Positions 27,737 to 32,000 of a stretch of 32,000 bases of DNA are shown here, one piece after another. Under the pieces are notes generated by a model. It made no database searches. It was not told where the DNA came from and worked only from the letters and a program-made list of their open reading frames with translations. Origin of the DNA: Mycobacterium leprae TN (GTDB taxonomy: Bacteria; Actinomycetota; Actinomycetes; Mycobacteriales; Mycobacteriaceae); contig NC_002677.1 in assembly GCF_000195855.1 (NCBI RefSeq), positions 1,260,001-1,292,000 on the forward strand. The letters run 5' to 3'. Each line of letters begins with the position of its first letter. The first letter of the stretch is position 1. Position numbers and translations under genes: made by a program.

Positions 27737-29626
27737 TTAAGCTTGGGTCATCCGGTAATACGCCCCTCGCCGGGCCAGCAGCTTGGCGTGGCTGCCTTGC
27801 TCAACGATCTTGCCAGCCGCTACCACCAGGATGTGATCCGCATCGCGGATAGTTGGAAGATGGTGTGCGATAATAAAACTTGTTCGATCCTGGAGAAGAT
27901 CGTGGGTGGCGCGCGCAATCAGGGCCTCGGTGCGGGTATCGATTGAGCTGGTTGCTTCGTCCAGGATCAATAGCTGTGGCCGGGCCAGGAATGCGCGTGC
28001 GATGGTGATGAGTTGCTTCTCGCCGGCGCTGATGTTGTCACCGTCTCCGCTAACCCGGGTCTGGTAGCCGGCCGACAGGGTGTGTACAAACCGGTCTACA
28101 TAGGCTGCCTTGGCGGCTTCCATCACCTCGTCTTCGCTGGCCTGCGGTCGTCCGTAGGCAATGTTTTCAGCGATCGTCCCGTCGAACAGCCAGGCGTCTT
28201 GCAGCACCATGCCGATTCGTGATCGCAGCGCATGTCTGCTCACCGTAGTGATATCGACCCCGTCGATCAGGATTTGGCCAGAATCCACATCGTAGAACCG
28301 CATGAGCAGGTTCACTAAGGTGGTTTTACCCGCTCCGGTCGGTCCGACGATCGCTACCGTGCTGCCCGGTTCGACCACCATTGATAGGTCGTCGATCACC
28401 GGGGTGCCCGTGCGATACGCGAAGCTCACCTGCTGAAACTCCACGCGCCCGTTAATGCGTGGCACCTGACCATGGGGTGGCGGCAAAGCTAGCATAGGGT
28501 CTGGCAGTTCCTCGGGCTCGTCTAGCAGGTCGAAAACCCTCTCAGCACTGGCCAACCCGGATTGCAGGGTATTATATATCCCCGCCACCTGGCTCAGCGG
28601 CATATTGAACTGCCGGACATATTGAATGAAGGCCTGGATATTGCCAAGCGTGATGTGTCCAGTGGCTACCTGTAGGCCTCCCAGCGCAGCGACCACAACG
28701 TATCCCAAGTTGCTAATGAACATCGTAGCCGGTGACACCAGACCGGAGAAGAACTGGGCGCTGAAACTAGCCTGGTAGACGTCATTGTTGACGTTGCGGA
28801 ACTGTTCTCGCGCTGCGGTCTGGTGGCCGAACGTCTTGACCACTGTTAACCCGCTGTAGGTCTCTTCGATATGGGCGTTGAGACGTCCGGCGCTCGTCCA
28901 CTGAGCCACGAACAGCTGCTGCGAACGTTGCGCTATCGCTCGTGTGGCTAGTAGCGACATAGGCACTGTCAGCAACGCAACTAGCGCCAGCAACGGCGAG
29001 ACCGACACCATCACTACCAGCACCGCCACCACTGTCAAAAGCGACGTCAACAGCTGGCTGAGTGTTATCGACAGTGATGATTGAAGATTGTCGATATCGT
29101 TGGTGACCCGGCTCAGTAGTTCACCGCGCTGCCGTGTGTCGCAGTAGGACAGCGGCAGCCGGTGCACTTTGTCTTCGACGTCGGACCGTAGCGCGAACAT
29201 GATGCGCTGCACGGTGACGTTGAGTAACCGGGCTTGTGCCCAAGTCAGCAGTGTGTAAACCAAATACAGAGACAGCGCCAGTCCCAGAGTTCTGCCCACC
29301 GCAACGAAGTCCACACCTTGGCCTGGGACCAGGTTCATCCCCGACAGTAAGTCGGCTAAGGCATTGTCACCACGGGTCCGGGCTGCAGCGACAGCCTGCG
29401 TTTTGCTGATTCCCTTAGGTAGCTGTCGCCCGATGACGCCGTTGAAGAGTAGGTCGGTGGTGTGACCGAGGACCCACGGAACGATGATCCCGATCGCTGT
29501 GCCGGTGATGCCGAGTGTTATCACCGTGAGGCTTAACCGACGTTGTGGCACTAGCTGTTTCAGCAAACGCCGAATTGTACAATAGAAGTCGCAGGACCGA
29601 GTGGCCGGGGCAGTGGCCATGGTCAC
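27737..29626 (-). CDS. ABC exporter half-transporter (TMD-NBD), consensus-NBD subunit with degenerate signature (Rv1272c-like)
   Basis: 629-aa uninterrupted ORF with a GTG start at 29626. It has a six-helix type-I exporter TMD.
- Walker A: GPTGAGKTT.
- Q-loop: MVLQD.
- Signature: ISAGEKQ (28013..28033) instead of LSGGQ.
- Walker B: [12 protein letters not shown].
- Switch: IIAHHL. Confidence 0.92.
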   Translation of the reverse strand: MTMATAPATRSCDFYCTIRRLLKQLVPQRRLSLTVITLGITGTAIGIIVPWVLGHTTDLLFNGVIGRQLPKGISKTQAVAAARTRGDNALADLLSGMNLVPGQGVDFVAVGRTLGLALSLYLVYTLLTWAQARLLNVTVQRIMFALRSDVEDKVHRLPLSYCDTRQRGELLSRVTNDIDNLQSSLSITLSQLLTSLLTVVAVLVVMVSVSPLLALVALLTVPMSLLATRAIAQRSQQLFVAQWTSAGRLNAHIEETYSGLTVVKTFGHQTAAREQFRNVNNDVYQASFSAQFFSGLVSPATMFISNLGYVVVAALGGLQVATGHITLGNIQAFIQYVRQFNMPLSQVAGIYNTLQSGLASAERVFDLLDEPEELPDPMLALPPPHGQVPRINGRVEFQQVSFAYRTGTPVIDDLSMVVEPGSTVAIVGPTGAGKTTLVNLLMRFYDVDSGQILIDGVDITTVSRHALRSRIGMVLQDAWLFDGTIAENIAYGRPQASEDEVMEAAKAAYVDRFVHTLSAGYQTRVSGDGDNISAGEKQLITIARAFLARPQLLILDEATSSIDTRTEALIARATHDLLQDRTSFIIAHHLPTIRDADHILVVAAGKIVEQGSHAKLLARRGAYYRMTQA

Positions 29627-31416
29627 TGCGAATCTCTGACGCCGCCACCGAACGACTGCGAGTAGGCAAACTCCGCATAGATAGTGCAGTCAGCCAACAG
29701 CGACTCATGGGTGCCCGAACCCGCCAGTTTCCCGTCGTCGACAACGATCACTTGGTCAGCCTGTGCCGCAGTAGAAATTCGCTGTGTAACAACGATAATT
29801 GTGACGTCACGGAACATCTCGCGCAGCGATTTGCTGACCCGTGAGTCGGTGTGTACGTCGAGTGCGGAGAACGCGTCGTCGAACAGATAGATAGTCGGAT
29901 GACGAATGATGGCCCGCGCAATTGCCAACCGTTGCCGTTGCCCACCAGAGAAGTTGATTCCGCCTTGGGCGACCCGCATGTGTAGCCCGTCGTTGTGTGC
30001 CCGGATGAATTCTTCGGCGTCGGCCATGTGCAGTGCTTCCCACATTTGGTCGTCAGTGATCACCTGCCCGGGGGTCGCGCCGTAGCGTAGGTTGTCGGCG
30101 ACGGTGCCGGAGAACAGGTAGCAACGTTGCGGTACCAGCCCGATTACCGACCAGAGCCGTTCGGCGTTGTAGTTACGGACATCAACCTCGTCGACCAGGA
30201 CCGCGCCGGCGGTCACGTCATACAGCCGGCAGATTAGCGCCACCAGCGTCGACTTGCCCGAACCGGTGCTACCGACCACTGCTGTCGTGGTACCCGGCAG
30301 CGCAGTAAACGAGATATCTTGTAGCGCTGGATGATTGGTTCCAGGATAGGTGAACGTAACGCCGTCCAGGCGCACCACGCCGGTAACTTTACCGCGCGGG
30401 ATGTGAGGGCATGGTGGGTTGCCAACGGCGGGGCGGGTGGACAATACTTCGGTGATTCGTTGTGCACACACCGATGCGCGGGGCAACACCACCAATGCCA
30501 TGGTCGCCATCAATACCGCCATCAGGATTTGGGTGAAGTAGGTCAGGAAGGCGGCCAGCGAACCGATTTGCATCTGGCCGCTGTCTATGCGCAGCCCGCC
30601 GAACCAGATCAACGCGACACTGGACACATTGATAGTCAGCGCGGTGGTTGGCAGCATCAGCGCTTGCCAGTTACCTGCGTTGAGAGCGGCGTTCGAGAGC
30701 GCGATATTGGCCCGCTCAAACCTGTTGCGCTCAAAGGATTCACGGGTGAAAGCCCGGATCACTCTGATGCCGGCCAACTGGTCGCGCATTACGCGATTGA
30801 TGTCGTCGATCAAACTTTGCATGCTGCGGAAGAGCGGTAGCATATGCGAAATAATCCAGTAGTTCGTTACCGCCAGGATCGGGACGCTGACCAGCAACAG
30901 CCAGGTCAGCGCAGCCTCCTGGTAAATAGCCATGACGATGCCGCCGATGCACATGATCGGTGGGGTCACCAGCACGGTGCCGGATATCTGAACCAAGTAC
31001 TGGATCTGCCGGACATCGTTAGTGGTTCGAGTCAACAATGTCGGGGCCCCGAATCGCGCGGTTTCTCGTTCGGAGAACGTGGTGATGTGATCGAACATCG
31101 CCGAGCGCAGGTCACGACCAAAACTCATTCCGGTCCGCGAGCCGAAATAGACCGCTCCGACCGAGCACAACGCCTGCAATCCGGTGACAGCCAGCATCAC
31201 TATGCCGAGCCTGACGATGATTGCGGTGTTGCCTTTGGAGACGCCGTCGTCGATGATTGCCGCGTTGATCGTCGGGAGGTACAGCGATGCCAGGGTGCTG
31301 ACCAGCTGCAGCACCATTAGCACCGCGACTAGTCGGCGGTACGGTCGGATGTACTGACGCAGCAGTGCCAGGAGCATTTGGTAACTGTCGCACATGACAC
31401 GCGTTCGAGTCGCCAC
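29623..31416 (-). CDS. ABC exporter half-transporter (TMD-NBD), degenerate-NBD subunit with canonical signature (Rv1273c-like)
   Basis: 597-aa ORF from GTG 31416. Alternative starts are ATG 31395 and ATG 31377 ([16 protein letters not shown]), and the last looks most like a conserved N-terminus.
- Walker A: GSTGSGKST.
- Signature: [14 protein letters not shown].
- Walker B: [12 protein letters not shown], with Asp (29875..29877) where the catalytic Glu is expected.
- Switch position reads VVTQRIS, with Gln (29782..29784) instead of His.
The stop TGA overlaps the GTG of the downstream gene (GTGA, 29623..29626). Confidence 0.92.
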   Translation of the reverse strand: MATRTRVMCDSYQMLLALLRQYIRPYRRLVAVLMVLQLVSTLASLYLPTINAAIIDDGVSKGNTAIIVRLGIVMLAVTGLQALCSVGAVYFGSRTGMSFGRDLRSAMFDHITTFSERETARFGAPTLLTRTTNDVRQIQYLVQISGTVLVTPPIMCIGGIVMAIYQEAALTWLLLVSVPILAVTNYWIISHMLPLFRSMQSLIDDINRVMRDQLAGIRVIRAFTRESFERNRFERANIALSNAALNAGNWQALMLPTTALTINVSSVALIWFGGLRIDSGQMQIGSLAAFLTYFTQILMAVLMATMALVVLPRASVCAQRITEVLSTRPAVGNPPCPHIPRGKVTGVVRLDGVTFTYPGTNHPALQDISFTALPGTTTAVVGSTGSGKSTLVALICRLYDVTAGAVLVDEVDVRNYNAERLWSVIGLVPQRCYLFSGTVADNLRYGATPGQVITDDQMWEALHMADAEEFIRAHNDGLHMRVAQGGINFSGGQRQRLAIARAIIRHPTIYLFDDAFSALDVHTDSRVSKSLREMFRDVTIIVVTQRISTAAQADQVIVVDDGKLAGSGTHESLLADCTIYAEFAYSQSFGGGVRDSQ

Positions 31417-31574
31417 CGCCGCCAGATGGTTCGGTGCTGACGACGCCGTTGCGAAGGAGATGGAAATGCCTGATCAGGTGGTGTGTCGGTGGTTGACTCG
31501 CTGGGCTGACGTTACAGTGCATCCTGTGGACCAGCAGCAGGCTCAGCAAGAGGGCAGCCGCAGTGCGATGTGAC

Positions 31575-32000
31575 GTGAGGGCGTTGGCCCTGGCGGCTCG
31601 GGGGTTGATAGAGCTGATGATTGTGATTCCGATGGTTGCGGGGTGCTCCAATGCAGGCTCTAACAAGTCGGTCGGGACGATATCGTCGACGCCTGGGAAT
31701 ACGGAGGGCCATCATGGCCCAATGTTCCCGCGATGCGGGGGTATCAGCGATCAGACGATGTCGCAGCTAACGAAGGTTACCGGGTTGACGAACACCGCCC
31801 GGAATTCGGTGGGTTGCCAGTGGCTGGCCGGTGGCGGTATCGTTGGCCCGCACTTTTCGTTTTCATGGTATCGCGGCAGCCCGATTGGGCGTGAACGCAA
31901 GACCGAGGAGCTGTCACGGGCGAGCGTTGACGATATCAATATCAACGGCCACAGCGGTTTCATAGCGGTCGGAAACGAGCCCAGCTTGGGCGATTCGCTC
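31575..32000 (+). CDS. lprB: Lipoprotein LprB (DUF3558-type), 5' part; runs off the window
   Basis: This is not in the supplied ORF track. My own codon-by-codon translation from GTG 31575 (or GTG 31563) to 32000 has no stop: (M)RALALAARGLIELMIVIPMVAGCSNAGSNKSVGTISSTPGNTEGHHGPMFPRCGGISDQTMSQLTKVTGLTNTARNSVGCQWLAGGGIVGPHFSFSWYRGSPIGRERKTEELSRASVDDININGHSGFIAVGNEPSLGDSL. The lipobox is VAGC (Cys codon 31644..31646). It is divergent from the ABC operon, as lprB (Rv1274) is in M. tuberculosis by my recollection. Confidence 0.8.
   Translation, partial: MRALALAARGLIELMIVIPMVAGCSNAGSNKSVGTISSTPGNTEGHHGPMFPRCGGISDQTMSQLTKVTGLTNTARNSVGCQWLAGGGIVGPHFSFSWYRGSPIGRERKTEELSRASVDDININGHSGFIAVGNEPSLGDSL

Noticed and set aside
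31490-31520. Promoter call for lprB (TTGACT ... TACAGT)
   Set aside because: The -10-like TACAGT fits the loose mycobacterial TANNNT consensus. However, the spacer to TTGACT is only about 14 nt, and there is no experimental or comparative support available here. It is too speculative to list as a feature.
1-32000. CRISPR arrays, rRNA or tRNA genes, prophage or integrase genes
   Set aside because: Reading both strands, I saw no regularly spaced direct repeats, no cloverleaf-like or rRNA-like conserved segments, and no integrase, transposase or phage structural motifs. A tRNAscan/Infernal run would be needed for formal exclusion.

Overview
This is a high-GC mycobacterial chromosomal segment. 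From memory, gene content and order match the M. tuberculosis H37Rv interval Rv1248c (kgd) to Rv1274 (lprB). Roughly every second gene is broken by frameshifts, in-frame stops and deletions. That pattern is the signature of the leprosy bacilli (Mycobacterium leprae or M. lepromatosis), and the Kgd protein reads like the M. leprae sequence. I could not run any search, so the species call and all Rv-number synteny statements are recollection and need an alignment to confirm.

By my coordinates about 16 kb (~50%) is intact coding sequence in 10 genes:
- kgd
- an Rv1249c-like membrane protein
- a 1152-aa nuclease/RNase-H-like/SF1 helicase
- lprE
- an acyltransferase-3 membrane protein
- a FAD-linked oxidase
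- udgB
- a two-gene heterodimeric ABC exporter
- the 5' part of lprB

About 12.5 kb (~40%) is recognisable wreckage of 13 genes:
- a DHA2-type MFS pump
- deaD
- a SIP-type reductase
- a TetR regulator
- cyp130
- tap
- a luciferase-like monooxygenase
- a HIT protein
- a C-S lyase
- amiB2
- a family-6-like UDG
- an amidohydrolase
- an Rv1264-type adenylyl cyclase

I saw no rRNA, tRNA, CRISPR array, transposase or prophage gene. I did not find a convincing novel multi-gene system. The items most worth follow-up are:
1. The uncharacterised tri-domain nuclease-helicase, kept intact amid decay.
2. A 43-bp perfect palindrome and an imperfect direct repeat bracketing an AT-richer non-coding island downstream of udgB.
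3. The asymmetric (one degenerate ATP site) ABC exporter pair, retained while both neighbouring MFS pumps decayed.
4. A second, nearly intact UDG-superfamily gene whose conserved C-terminal motif has slipped out of frame.

Pseudogene boundaries are approximate.
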